Assembly: GCA_051294375.1 (NCBI GenBank)
Contig: CM119263.1
Location: 578,019 to 642,018, forward strand
DNA length: 64,000 nucleotides
Origin: Paraspadella gotoi
Lineage: Eukaryota; Animalia; Chaetognatha
Direction of reading: 5' to 3'
Positions 36,945 through 50,400 of the stretch are shown piece after piece; within the stretch, counting starts at the first letter, position 1; every line of letters starts with the position of its first letter. Both the position numbers and the translations under genes were made by a program. The notes below the pieces were generated by a model. The model was not told where the DNA came from and searched no databases. It was given only the letters and a program-made list of their open reading frames with translations.

Positions 36945-39022
36945 TTCTCCTCCCTATAGAAAGTAAATAAACCAAATATATCTCTTTTCTTCTTTTACTA
37001 TTTCTCCATTAAAGTGAACAATTCTATAAATACATTTAATAAATTTTGCCTCAATTTTGTATCAAATGGTACAAAAATTACTTAAAAGTATGGATTGAAT
37101 TCTTAGAAATGAAAGGAGAGGAAAAAAATCTGATGGATCTCGGAACTCAATTCTCAACTCAACGAAATTTATTTCGCAAAGGTTTCATTTTTTTCCTAGA
37201 CCTTATTGCTTTTTTATCCCACATCCTCTTTCCTTTCCTCCTCTTCTCTCCCTTCCCCCTTCTTCCTCCTTCCTCCTCCCTCTCTCCCTTCTACCCCTTT
37301 CCTCCCTCCCTCCCTCTACCTGAGCGCGTCTTCCAGATCTTGATCCAAATGTCCCAACTCCCCTTCTTTTCTCCCCTTCCTCCTCCGCCCTTTGAGAAGA
37401 GAGAGTCGTTTCAAGGTGCTCTCGCTCATTTTCTTTCCTTTTTTTCCTTATTTTCTTTCCTCTCTTTTCCTCCTTTTTTAATTTATTCTTTTTTTTCTTT
37501 TTATAGCTTCCTCCGTATAGTTTTTTTTTCCCTCCGTTTATATTTTCTCGTCCATTTTCCGTTTTCCTGTTTTCTCTTTTTCTGTTTTTCCTTTTCTGTT
37601 TTTCTGTTCTTCTGTTTTCTTGTTTCCGTCTTCGTTTTCTGTTTTATTTTTGTTCTTTTCTTTGACGCTGATCGAAAGGCAGTGTCGACGTCAGCGAATC
37701 TAGCGGCGACAAAGATCGATAAGCGCGCGAATTATCTCCTCATTTTTCTCTTTTTTTTTTCCAATTCAAAAATTTTTCTCTCCAAATTTTTCGTTTTTGT
37801 TGTGAAAGAAAAAAAGGGATCGGATCATCTTCATCTTTGTAATTTCCGCTATAACTCGCTCTCTGTTCCGCTCTCTGTTCCGCTCTCTGTTCCGCTCTCT
37901 GTTCCGCAGTCTCGCTCTCACACTTTCGCCCTCAGTCCTTCGCTCTTATTTCCTCGCACTGCCGACAATTTTCTTACCCAACGGGGCGTCAGTCGAGTTA
38001 GAAATCTAAGCCCATTTCTCTCTCTCTNNNNNNNNNNNNNNNNNNNNNNNNNNNNNNNNNNNNNNNNNNNNNNNNNNNNNNNNNNNNNNNNNNNNNNNNN
38101 NNNNNNNNNNNNNNNNNNNNNNNNNNNNNNNNNNNNNNNNNNNNNNNNNNNNNNNNNNNNNNNNNNNNNNNNNNNNNNNNNNNNNNNTCTCTCTCTCTCT
38201 CTATTTATGATTTCATTTATGTCGTTCCTCTTTTATCTCCAAAACAAAAATGTCTTCGAATTCACCCTCAGATTTTTAAAATTTTTTTTAAATTTAAAAT
38301 TTAAAATTTAAAATTGATTAAAAATGTGTAAGTTAAGATATTTTACTTTTTTAGGATCTTTTGTCGCCTTTGATAAGTTTGTTTTTTGTTTTGTTTTATT
38401 GTTTTTTTTGTTTTGTTTATCGTTATTGTCGGAGGCAGAAAAGGCAGTTTTATTGCTCACAATAATCGACAGATTTGATCCGGTTTCTTTGAGATCGTTC
38501 CTTTTTTAGATCTGTCCATGCTGGTCTCTCACTCTCTCTCTCTCTCTCTTTTACCACAACTTCGCTAAATTTTTTAAAACTTTTGCGTTTAAAAAAAATA
38601 ACGAGTATCTCTCTCCTATCTCTGCCCCCCCTCAAGTCCGNNNNNNNNNNNNNNNNNNNNNNNNNNNNNNNNNNNNNNNNNNNNNNNNNNNNNNNNNNNN
38701 NNNNNNNNNNNNNNNNNNNNNNNNNNNNNNNNNNNNNNNNNNNNNNNNNNNNNNNNNNNNNNNNNNNNNNNNNNNNNNNNNNNNNNNNNNNNNNNNNNNN
38801 NNNNNNNNNNNNNNNNNNNNNNNNNNNNNNNNNNNNNNNNNNNNNNNNNNNNNNNNNNNNNNNNNNNNNNNNNNNNNNNNNNNNNNNNNNNNNNNNNNNN
38901 NNNNNNNNNNNNNNNNNNNNNNNNNNNNNNNNNNNNNNNNNAAATTTTTGAAAACAAATCGTGGAAGAAAGTCATAATAAGTATGAATAAAAGATTAGAA
39001 GAGACGCCTCTGGGAAGGAAAA

Positions 39023-39089
<67 letters not shown>

Positions 39090-39182
39090 TGAGTCGTTGC
39101 TCATAAGCCACTTCATATCATCTTTCTTTTCACTTTTCTATCCCTCCCTTTTTTTCCTTCTCACTTTCCTCGTTGAACTTAC

Positions 39183-39359
39183 CTTGCAACTTCACCGATC
39201 CTCTACTTACCCGGCTGATTTCCCCAACCGCCTTAACTTTCTTCTCGCGGCCTTTTTTTTTTGCCAAACTCCCGATTCCCTTTTGTCTAGACTCTCTTCG
39301 TCTCAAGGAGAATATTGTTTCCTCGACCCTTCGACCTCAGTAGCGACACATCTTGGTCG
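39183..39359 (-). CDS. Candidate exon, frameshifted (inverted copies at ~47750-47943 and ~53587-53780)
   Basis: catccag acceptor, then DQDVSLLRSKGRGNNILLETK...KKGREKKVKAVGEISR, with two gtaagt donors (~39209 and ~39182). Confidence 0.3.
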
Positions 39360-39661
39360 CTGGATGACGACGAGAAGAGAGGAAAAAGAAAAGAACATCG
39401 CAGGGCCGTGGGGGGGGGGGAAGGAAATAGGAACGCAAATGGCCTTTTGTATTCTTTATGGTGGCTCAGGGGTATTATTCGCCCCTTTTTTACCGATGTA
39501 TACAAACAGTCTGGCACGGAAATCACTATTATGTAAAACAAATCCGTTATGTATGTATTTTAATTTTAATAGAAAAAATAATTCATTTACTTTAAAACCA
39601 TGATATTAAAAAATATAAATTTTCAATAAAATTTAAAATTTGTTTATTTATTTTTATTCGA

Positions 39662-39701
<40 letters not shown>

Positions 39702-40694
39702 TCGTCGTCGTCGTCCTCGTCAGTATTGACAACGAATGATTCTTTCATAAAAAGAGGGCGTTTCGAATATGGATGATCGAATTCAAAACATTATTAGCAT
39801 AATAAACGCATTTATACAGTTAATTTTCCTTCGCTGGAATTAAATTTAAAAAAATAAAGCCTGTTTATTTTATTTTTTATTTGACCAAAGAGAAAAAAAT
39901 AAAGAAAAAGGGAAAAGAAAGAAAGAAAAACTGAAAGAAATGAAGAATGAAAGAAAGAAAGATAAAAAGAAAGGAAGATAAAAAGAAAGAAATTAAACAA
40001 GGAAGTAAGCAAGCAAGCAAGCAGGCAAGCAAAGAAGAAGAAAGAGAGAACTAAGGAAGAAAGGAGGGAATCATGAGGCTTCCCGTCCAGAAGAGAAGCC
40101 GAAAATGACTTTGACTATCGTCGGCCGACGGATCGCCGAAGACCCCCTGGCGCTCTCTCTCTCTCTCTCTCTCTCTCCTTACCTTTAATTATTACTATTA
40201 TGCAGTAATAACTTTCCTTTTTTTCCTGATGACCTCAGAAAAAGTCGATAATTTTAAAAAAAAGGTACGATAATTTTATTTAGCTGCGATACTGTGTACT
40301 CAATATTTCATAAAAATATAGATGTAACGGCATAATGAAAATGTTTTTTAAAACTCTTTAACTTTAGCTATTACATCCATTATGACATTTATACTCGCTA
40401 TGTATTTTTTCATATATTTTTTGCGGTTTCTTTGTCTTTTCTTTGTCTTTTTTTTCTTTTGATTAATAAAGGATTTGATTTTCCTTTATTGTTTTCACTC
40501 CGCTAAATTTCAAGTGAGATTTCACTCAATTTTCCTCAGCGATTGAGAATGGAGTCACTGTGAACTCGGTCGATCCTTCTGAACCCGTGAACCTGGAACG
40601 GGTGAACTCAAGTCCAGTCAAACAGAATCGAAAAAGAGGGAGAGGAGTGCTGGGGGGCTGAGGAAAGAACTCGAGCAAAATAGCCTCGCAATGT

Positions 40695-40880
40695 TTTTAG
40701 TTTTTAGCGCGAGTACTCTTGGAGCAACTCTGGTATGTCTCTTCGTCAGTCTGTTCATTTATGTTACAAATGCGATAATTTGCCTATAGTTAGTTGCTCA
40801 TTCGTTAAGACAGAAAAAAACCTAAATCTAAGAGACTGCTAGCGCCGCTTCAGTAAATTCTAAACTATAAAGAATAAAAG
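40695..40880 (+). mobile_element. HINE/DINE-like dispersed repeat copy (inverted duplicate at 55955-56145)
   Basis: tttttagcgcgagtactcttggagcaactct...gcctatagttagttgctcatt...aatctaagagactgctagcgcc...aaactataaagaata, homologous to 8110-8337 and 35035-35237. Confidence 0.55.
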
Positions 40881-41526
40881 ACGGAATTCCGATGTGTCAT
40901 AAAAACACAGGCTACGCAAGATTTTGTAGGCATGTAGTCATATCATGTCGCGTCATGATCATGTCACGTTATGGTCATATCATGTCACGAAAAATACACC
41001 GTGAAAATAAAGTCACTGCGGCGCAACACATTGTTTTCGAATTCTTTCATTTTCCGAGAATACTGGCGCGTCGTTTTACCCTTTGCTTTTCTCTCTCTTT
41101 ACTCTTTGAGAATTATCTTGAAACTACATTTATTGTCATTGTTAAGAACAAATTATTTAATATAATTTAACAGCATTTCGTCATTCATTTTGTCATTATC
41201 AGCTTCTCTCATTTTCTATAACGTTGTCATTGGCAAGTTGTCTTTGTTTTCGTCTCTTTTCATTATCTTTTTTTCACATCATTTTCTATCGCTTACGCTG
41301 TCGTCGTCGGTCGTCGTCGTCGTCGTCGTCGTCTTCTCTTCATCTGTCTCGTCGTCGCCATGGAAAAGGTAATTCACTCCAGGTGTCGCCGCGGGAAGCA
41401 GACGCGCGCCAACAAGACGAACCGCGAAGAAAATTTGGCACGCCTCTGCCTCCCCTCTCGCCCCTGCCCGTGGAAAGAGCGACTCGAGGTTAAACCAATT
41501 TCTCGGCCAGACCCTCGGTCTCTTTG

Positions 41527-41557
<31 letters not shown>

Positions 41558-41588
41558 AAGATAGATAGATAGATAGGATAGACAGACA

Positions 41589-41647
<59 letters not shown>

Positions 41648-42217
41648 AATAGATAGATAGATAAGATAAGATAAAAAGAGTCAAAACCTTTTTTCATGAC
41701 TTCTCTACTTTTTCGCGCAAATATCATTGTAATAAATCTTAGACATAGATATTTTGAAAAGAATAGTAGTACATATCCGGTGTGTACTTTAACTTCTTTT
41801 TCATATCGAATAAGCGATAATTAGTCATCGAAAAAAAAAAAACAACTTAAACTCATTTCTTCCTTTTAAAATATCGTTTGCTTCCTTCCTTCCTCTTTCG
41901 TCGTACCTCACTTTCTTCTGTCACATTAAACCCAAGGCTAAACCTAGTTACTTAGTTACGAAGAAAAAAAACACGATATTTTCAGTCGCGGACTCGCGTC
42001 TCTTTAAAGTGCGGTTCTCCAGTCTTCTTGTATTTTTATCATTTTGGGGGAGGAGAAGATAGAGCAGCACAAATAAACACGTTAATATTTCAATAATCAA
42101 GAATAAGTAATAAATAATAAATGGAATAAGATTAAAAATCAATGTTAATAGTAATCATCATGAAGGTTTACTCTCAACTTCGAGATCGGTTCGTAAAATC
42201 TTTTTGAGAGCAAAGAA

Positions 42218-42273
<56 letters not shown>

Positions 42274-42614
42274 CTTCTCTCTTCTCTCTCTCTTCTCTTT
42301 CTCTAATTTTGCATACACGAACGAATATGATAAATCGTGTTTTGATGCTGTGGTTCCGTGAGTTCGTTCCGATTTTTTTCACTGTCACAAATCGTCACAA
42401 AGCTCCGTGTCGCGTTCACTCCAGCGGTCACTGCGAGTCCCGCGACACTCGAGCGCAGACCTATTTGCCACTCCAAGACATCTCAATTGGCCACTCTCCT
42501 CTGCAACGCGATCCAGGACACTCAGCTTCCCCTCCTCTTTCACCTCCTCCTCTTCGTCCTCAATTCGTCGCTTCTCAACGCGTCAAGACTAAACTCGTGG
42601 GAGTTATCAAACGC

Positions 42615-43165
42615 TCTCATTCGCCTCTCATTCGCCCTCTCACTCGCCTCTCATTCGCCTCTCAGTCGCCTCACTACCTCTCACTCGCCTCTCACTCGCC
42701 TCTCATCGCCTCTCACTCCACCTCTCATTCGCCTCTCAGTCGCCTCTCACTTACCTCTCACTCGCCTCTCATTCGCCTCTCAGTCGCCTCTCACTTACCT
42801 CTCACTCGCCTCTCACTCGCCTCTCACTCGCCTCTCAATCGCCTCTACTCGCCTCTAATCGCCTCTCACTCGTCCTCACTTGCCTCTCACTCACCTCTCA
42901 CTCGCTCTAAGTTCTCCTCTTACTCAACTTTCACTCGCCTCTCACTTGCCTCTCAATCACCTCTCACTTGCCTCTCACTCGCCTCTCACTCTCCTCTCAC
43001 TAACTTTCACTCGCCTCTCACTCTCCTCTCATTTGTCTTCATTTCTTTTGACTCGCCTCTCACTCTCCTCTTACTCATTTCTCCAATCGCCTCTCTCTCG
43101 CCTCTCACTCGCCTCTCACTAAACTTTCACCGCCTTTCATTCGCCTCTCACTCGCCTCTCACTCG
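42615..43165. repeat. 11-bp minisatellite (ctcactcgcct)n; copies at 49897-50236 and inverted at 54164-54260
   Basis: Directly visible. It explains the SHSPLTRLS-type spurious ORFs. Confidence 0.9.
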
Positions 43166-45618
43166 AGGCCTACCACTCCCCTCTCACTTCCCTTTCACTC
43201 GCCGACATCTTTTATCACTGCTCCGCCCTCTTCACCACCACAACCGCCTTTCACATCTCCTGCGTGACCCCGTCTCTCGTAAATCCTTTTCCTTCCTTCA
43301 ATGAACAAGCGGGAAGTCGGTCGCCGTCGCCGTCGCCGTCGCCGTCGTCGTCATCGTCGTCGTCGCGTCGTTGTCTTTGGGGTCACGAAGGGAAAAACAA
43401 GGAGGATGAGGACAGGTGCCGACAGGTGTCGCTTGAAAGCTCGGAGGTGACCAAAAAAAAATGGCGAAGAGGGAATAGATAGGACAGGGAAAAGTGCTCG
43501 GTCAAATTGAGTTTAGTTTAGTTATTAAAATTGATATGAACACACAAAAATTATCCATTCATACAAAATAAAAAAAGCCTTGATGGGTTTAGGCCTCTCG
43601 ATCCTTAAACGAGGTAAGAGACCCTACAGACGGACGGGCAGACAGACAGCGAGATCCTGTAAACAGACGGACAGACAGACGGCGAAATCCTGTAAACTTT
43701 AAATAGACAATCTCAAAGTCTAGTAATGACGCCTCGAGTATCTGGCTTCCTATCAAGTCAAGTGTGTAATGAATGTTTCAAGCATGCGTATTGACTGTTC
43801 GCGACATGAGTAACCGACTGTCCCGCCATGCGTCACCGACTGTTCCCGCCATGCGTCACAGGTCGAGAAATCTTCTCAGAATTTTTCCCCCTTTCCTTCG
43901 TCTTGAGATTTCGATTTTGAAAAGCGAGTTGAATTCTCAAAGTAAATAAACCGAATGTTTTGTTTGTGTCGATTCTTTAGCGATTTGTTTATCTTCCGAG
44001 TTATATTTCGTGTAAACGGATCGAGATTGGCATCGTTGAGTCTTCAAAGGAGAAGACTTAAAAAAAGAATCACGCGTCTGACGTCGTGGAGTAGTCCTCG
44101 TCGACGCCATTGGACGCCCGAGTTCCTCATCGTTTTGATTAGTTTAACATTCTTTAACTTTTTGCATGTCGATAAAACGCAAAGAAATTGTTAGTTAGTT
44201 CACTTATTAATTCTTGGCTATTGTCGCTGATGAGCAGATAGGAAGACATCGCTATTAAAATTAAGTTGCAAATTGCTCGGATTGGATCATCAGGTTGAAT
44301 TAGGAAACTCATGACGACCTTGAGAAGAAAATCCTTCCTTTAATTGTCGGCAAAGATGGAAAAATAAAGTGAATTGAGAAGAATTTATTCTTAATTTTAA
44401 TCTTTCTGACAATTACATATTTCATACATGTCAGTATTCTTTATTTTATTCTAATTCTAATTTCATTCTTAATTTAAAACTTTCTGATGGAATCAATTCA
44501 TACGATCTATCCCATAAAATTCCAATTTTTTTTTTTATTTGTTAAAAGATAGTTTTCAACTTACCTAATTACTCCGTCCTTTACCTTGACAGAACCACGA
44601 CCCTACCGACCTGATCGTCTGCAATCATCTCTCCCTGTCCTCTTTTTTCTTTCGCTTCTCATCTTTTTTTTATTCTTTTTCATCAAAGAAGAGATTTTTC
44701 TCTGCTTTCGTTTCATCAGAGATAAGGAGACACTCCTCATCATCTCTTTTCCTTTTTTTATTTCTTATTTCTTTCCTTCTCTACCCCCTTCCTCCCTCTC
44801 TCACTTCCTCCTTCCCTCTCTTTTTTCCCCCTTCCTCTTCTTGTCTTCCTCCTCGCCCCCCCTCTCTATCCCCTTACCTCCCCCTCTCTCACTTCTTCCT
44901 TCCCTCTCCTTTTTCCCCCTCCCTCTAACTATTCCTCTCCCTTTCTCTCCCTCTTCCCCCACCTCTCTCTCTCCTCTCTGCTCTCTTTCCCCCTCCCTGC
45001 CTCTCTCTCTTCCTCTTCTCCTTCTCTCTTCCACCCCTCTCTCCTCTCTCTCTCCTCTTCTCCCCCTCCCTCCCGCTCTCCCCTCACCCCCTCCCTCTCT
45101 CCCTCCCATCCCAATTTCGCTCGATTTTCTTCTCTTTTCCTTTCACACGATGTTTTGGGTTTTGAGCGCTCCTCTCTTGTTCTGTCTCTCTCTCTTTCTT
45201 CTGTCTCTCTTTTTTTCTCTCTCTCTCTTCTCTCCTCTCTCTCTCTTCTCTCTCTCTCTCTCTTCTCTTCTCTCTCTCTCGCTGTCATAACATCTCCTTA
45301 GACGTTGTGAAAATAAGAAGTTCCATTCTCCTTGAGGCAATCGGTGACTTTTATTCCGCGTTGATCTCCAGCGGATTCGACATCATACACTTTAGATAAA
45401 ACATCAAAAAAAACAAATTTTCATCCAGAAAATCAAATCTGAAAAGAAAAACGAACAAAACAAAGGCCCATGACAAAACATTGAAGAAAACACGATATCC
45501 TTTTTTTATATTTCGTTTTTCTTGTGAAACTGTGAATTCTGATTGTGATTGTGATTCTGTTGTGAAGGAGGAAAGAGAAAGAAAAGCAGGAAATGCCGTT
45601 TATCCGGTGTGCGTGATA

Positions 45619-45655
<37 letters not shown>

Positions 45656-46852
45656 AAGAGAGAGAAGAGAGAGAGAGAGANNNNNNNNNNNNNNNNNNNN
45701 NNNNNAAACGGCATTTCCTCTTTTCTTCTCTTTCCTCCTTCACAACAGAATCACAATCACAATCAGAAATCACAGTTTCACAAGAAAAACGAAATAAAAA
45801 AAAGGATATCGTGTTTTCTTCAATGTTTTGTCATGGGCCTTTTGTTTTGTTCGTTTTCTTTTCAGATTTGTTTTCTGGGATGAAAATTGTTTTTTTGATG
45901 TTTTATCTAAAGTGTATGATGTCGAATCCGCTGGAGATCAACGCGGAATAAAAAGTCACCGATTGCCTCAAGGAGAATGGAACTTCTTAATTTATCACAC
46001 GTCTAAGGAGATGTTATGACAGCGCCTCCCTCTCTCACTTCCTCCTTCCCTCTCTTTTTTCCCCCTTCCTCTTCTTGTCTTCCTCCTCGCCCCCCCTCTC
46101 TATCCCCTTACCTCCCCCTCTCTCACTTCTTCCTTCCCTCTCCTTTTTCCCCCTCCCTCTAACTATTCCTCTCCCTTTCTCTCCCTCTTCCCCCACCTCT
46201 CTCTCTCCTCTCTGCTCTCTTTCCCCCTCCCTGCCTCTCTCTCTTCCTCTTCTCCTTCTCTCTTCCACCCCTCTCTCCTCTCTCTCTCCTCTTCTCCCCC
46301 TCCCTCCCGCTCTCCCCTCACCCCCTCCCTCTCTCCCTCCCATCCCAATTTCGCTCGATTTTCTTCTCTTTTCCTTTCACACGATGTTTTGGGTTTTGAG
46401 CGCTCCTCTCTTGTTCTGTCTCTCTCTCTTTCTTCTGTCTCTCTTTTTTTCTCTCTCTCTCTTCTCTCCTCTCTCTCTCTTCTCTCTCTCTCTCTCTTCT
46501 CTTCTCTCTCTCTCGCTGTCATAACATCTCCTTAGACGTTGTGAAAATAAGAAGTTCCATTCTCCTTGAGGCAATCGGTGACTTTTATTCCGCGTTGATC
46601 TCCAGCGGATTCGACATCATACACTTTAGATAAAACATCAAAAAAAACAAATTTTCATCCAGAAAATCAAATCTGAAAAGAAAAACGAACAAAACAAAGG
46701 CCCATGACAAAACATTGAAGAAAACACGATATCCTTTTTTTATATTTCGTTTTTCTTGTGAAACTGTGAATTCTGATTGTGATTGTGATTCTGTTGTGAA
46801 GGAGGAAAGAGAAAGAAAAGCAGGAAATGCCGTTTATCCGGTGTGCGTGATA

Positions 46853-46889
<37 letters not shown>

Positions 46890-46890
46890 A

Positions 46891-46954
<64 letters not shown>

Positions 46955-47404
46955 GCGCCCTAGGGGTCTTCGGCGATCCGTCGGCCGACGATAGTCAAAG
47001 TAATTTCGCTTCTCTTCTGGACGGGAAGCCTCATGATTCCCTCCTTTCTTCCTTATTTCTCCTTTTCTTCTTCTTGCTTGCCCTGCTTGCTTGCTTGCTT
47101 ACTTCCTTGTTTAATTTCTTTCTTTTTATCTTCCTTTCTTTTTTATCTTTCTTTCTTTCATTCTTCATTTCTTTCAGTTTTTCTTTCTTTCTTTTCCTTT
47201 TCTTTATTTTTTTCTCTTGGTCAAAATTAAAAATAAAATAAACAGCTTTATTTTTTAAATTTAATTCCAGCGAAGAAAATTAACTGTATAAATGCGTTTA
47301 TTATGATAATAATGTTTTGAATTCGATCATCCATATTCCGAAACGCCTCTTTTTATGAAAGAATCATTCGTTGTCAATACTGACGAGGACGACGACGACG
47401 ATGA

Positions 47405-47435
<31 letters not shown>

Positions 47436-50400
47436 TCGATAAAAAATAAATAAACAAATTTAAAATTTTATTGCAAAATTTATATTTTATTATTCATGGT
47501 TTTTAAAGTAAATGAATTATTTTTTTCTATTAAAATTAAAAATACATACATAACGGATTTGTTTTACATAATAGTGATTTCCGTGCCAGACTTGTTTGTA
47601 TTAATCGGTAAAAAAAAGGGGCTAAATAATACCCCTGATGCACCATAAAGAATCAAAAGGCCATTTGCGTTCCTATTTTCCTTCCCCCCCCCCACGGCCC
47701 TGCGATTGTTCTTTTTTCTTTTTCCTCTCGATTCTCGTCGCTCATCCAGCGGACCAAGATTGTGTCGCTTAGCTGAGGTCGAAAGGCGTCGAGGAAACTA
47801 ATATTTCTCCTTGAGACGAAGAGTAGTCAGACAAAAGGGTACCATCAGGAGTTTGGCAACAAAAAAACGGCCGCGAGAAAGAAAGATTAAGGCGGTTGGG
47901 GAAATCAGCCGGGTAAGTGAGGATCTGTGTTGAAGTTGCAAGGGTAAGTTACAACGAGGAAAGTGAGAAGGAAAAAAAAGGGTAGGGATAGAATAAAGTG
48001 AAAAAGAAAGATGGATATGAAGTGGCTTATGAGCAGAACGTTATCACTTTCTCCTCTCTTCGTCTCTGCTCTCTCTCTCTCTTTTCTCTCTCATCGTCTC
48101 TCACTCTCTCTCTCTCTTCTCTTATTCCTTTCCTTTCCAGAGGCGTTCTCTTCTAACTTTTATTCATACTTATATATGTACTTTCCTTCCACGATTTGTT
48201 TTCAAAAATTTTTTACCACAACTTCGCTAAATTTTTTAAAACTTTTGCGTTTAAAAAAAATAACGAGTATCTCTCTCCTATCTCTGCCCCCCCTCAAGTC
48301 CGNNNNNNNNNNNNNNNNNNNNNNNNNAAGGGGGATAGAGAGAGGAAAGAAATAAGAAATAAAAAAAGGAAAAGAGATGATGAGGAGTGTCGCCTTATCT
48401 CTGATGAAACCGAAAGCAGAAGAAAATCTCTTCTCTGATGAAAAAGAATAAAAAAAAGATGAGAAGCGAAAGAAAAAAGAGGACAGGCGAGAGATGATTG
48501 CAGACGGTCAGGTCAGGTAGGGTCGTTGGTTTCTGTCAAGGTAAGGACGGAGTAATTAGGTAAGTTGAAAACTATCTTTTAACAAATAAAAAAAATTGGA
48601 ATTTTATGGGATAGATCGTATGAAATTGATTCCATCAGAAAGTTTTAAATTAAGAATGAAATTAAGAATTAAGAATAAAATAAAGAATACTGACACTGTA
48701 TGAAATTGTCATTGTCAGAAAGATTAAAATTAAGAATTAAATTCTTCTCAATTCACTTTATTTTTTCTATCTTTGCCGACAATTAAAAGGAAAGGATTTT
48801 CTTCTCAAGGTCGTCATGAGTTTCCTAATTCAACTGATGATCCAATCCGAGCAATTTGCACTTAATTTTAATCAGCGATGTCTTCCTATCTGCTCATCAG
48901 CGACAATAGCCAAGAATTAATAAGTGAAACTAACTAACAATTTACTTTGCGTTTTATCGACATGCAAAAGTTAAGAATGTAAACTAATCAAAACGATGAG
49001 GAACTCGGGCGTCCAATGGCGTCGACGAGGACGACTCTCACGACGTCAGACGCGTGATTCTTTTTTTAAGTCTTCTCCTTTGAAGACTCAACGATGCAAT
49101 TCCTCGATCCGTTTACACGAATATAACTCGGGATAAACAAATCGCTAAAGAATCGACACAAACAAAAACATTCGGTTTATTTACTTTGAGAATTCAACTC
49201 GCTTTTCAAAATCGAAATCTCAAGACGAAGGAAAGGGGGAAAAATTCTGAGGAAGATTTCTCGACCTGTGACGCATGGCGGGAACAGTCGGTGACGCATG
49301 GCGGGAACAGTCGGTGACTCATGTCGCGAACAGTCAATGACGCATGGCTTGAAACATTCATTACACCACTTGATTGATAGGGAAGCCAGATACTCGAGGC
49401 GTGAATCAACTAGACTTTGAGATTGTCCTGATTTAAAGTTTACAGGATTTCGCCGTCTGTCTGTCCGTCTGTTTACAGGATCTCGCTGTCTGTCTGCCCG
49501 TCCGTCCTGTAGGGTCCTCTTACCTCGTTTAAGGATCGAAGGCCTAAACCCATCAAGCTTTTTTATTGTATGAATGGATAATTTTTGTGTTGTTCATATC
49601 AATTTTAATAAACTAAACTAAACTCAATTTGACCCGAGCACTTTTCCCGTCCTATCTATTCCCTCTTCGCCATTTTTTTTGGCACCTCCGAGCTTCAAGC
49701 GACACCTGTCGGCACCTGTCCTCACCTCCTTGTTTTTTCCCTTCGTGACCCCAAAGACAACGACGACGACGACGACGATGACGACGACGGCGACGGCGAC
49801 GGCGACGGCGACGCTTCCCGCTTGTTCATTGAAGGAAGGAAAAGGATTTACGAGAGACGGGGTCACGCAGGAGGATGTGAAGGCGGTTGTGGTGGTACTC
49901 GCCTCTCAATCGCCTCTACTCGCCTCTAATCGCCTCTCACTCGTCCTCACTTGCCTCTCACTCACCTCTCACTCGCTCTAAGTTCTCCTCTTACTCAACT
50001 TTCACTCGCCTCTCACTTGCCTCTCAATCACCTCTCACTTGCCTCTCACTCGCCTCTCACTCTCCTCTCACTAACTTTCACTCGCCTCTCACTCTCCTCT
50101 CATTTGTCTTCATTTCTTTTGACTCGCCTCTCACTCTCCTCTTACTCATTTCTCCAATCGCCTCTCTCTCGCCTCTCACTCGCCTCTCACTAAACTTTCA
50201 CCGCCTTTCATTCGCCTCTCACTCGCCTCTCACTCGAGGCCTACCACTCCCCTCTCACTTCCCTTTCACTCGCCGACATCTTTTATCACTGCTCCGCCCT
50301 CTTCACCACCACAACCGCCTTTCACATCTCCTGCGTGACCCCGTCTCTCGTAAATCCTTTTCCTTCCTTCAATGAACAAGCGGGAAGTCGGTCGCCGTCG

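Noticed and set aside
40226-40250. Second hammerhead-like CTGATGA...GTC motif (mirrored near 56600)
   Set aside because: No credible stem I or II, and the GAAA core is not consistent between the two copies.
41360-41530. Possible plus-strand first exon ([12 protein letters not shown]... in the 55.3-55.5 kb copy)
   Set aside because: Frames disagree between the two noisy copies and there is no clear donor or downstream partner exon.
42204-43304. 366-aa ORF with SHSPLTRLS repeats
   Set aside because: It is a translation of an 11-bp minisatellite whose period is not a multiple of 3, and frames differ between duplicate copies.
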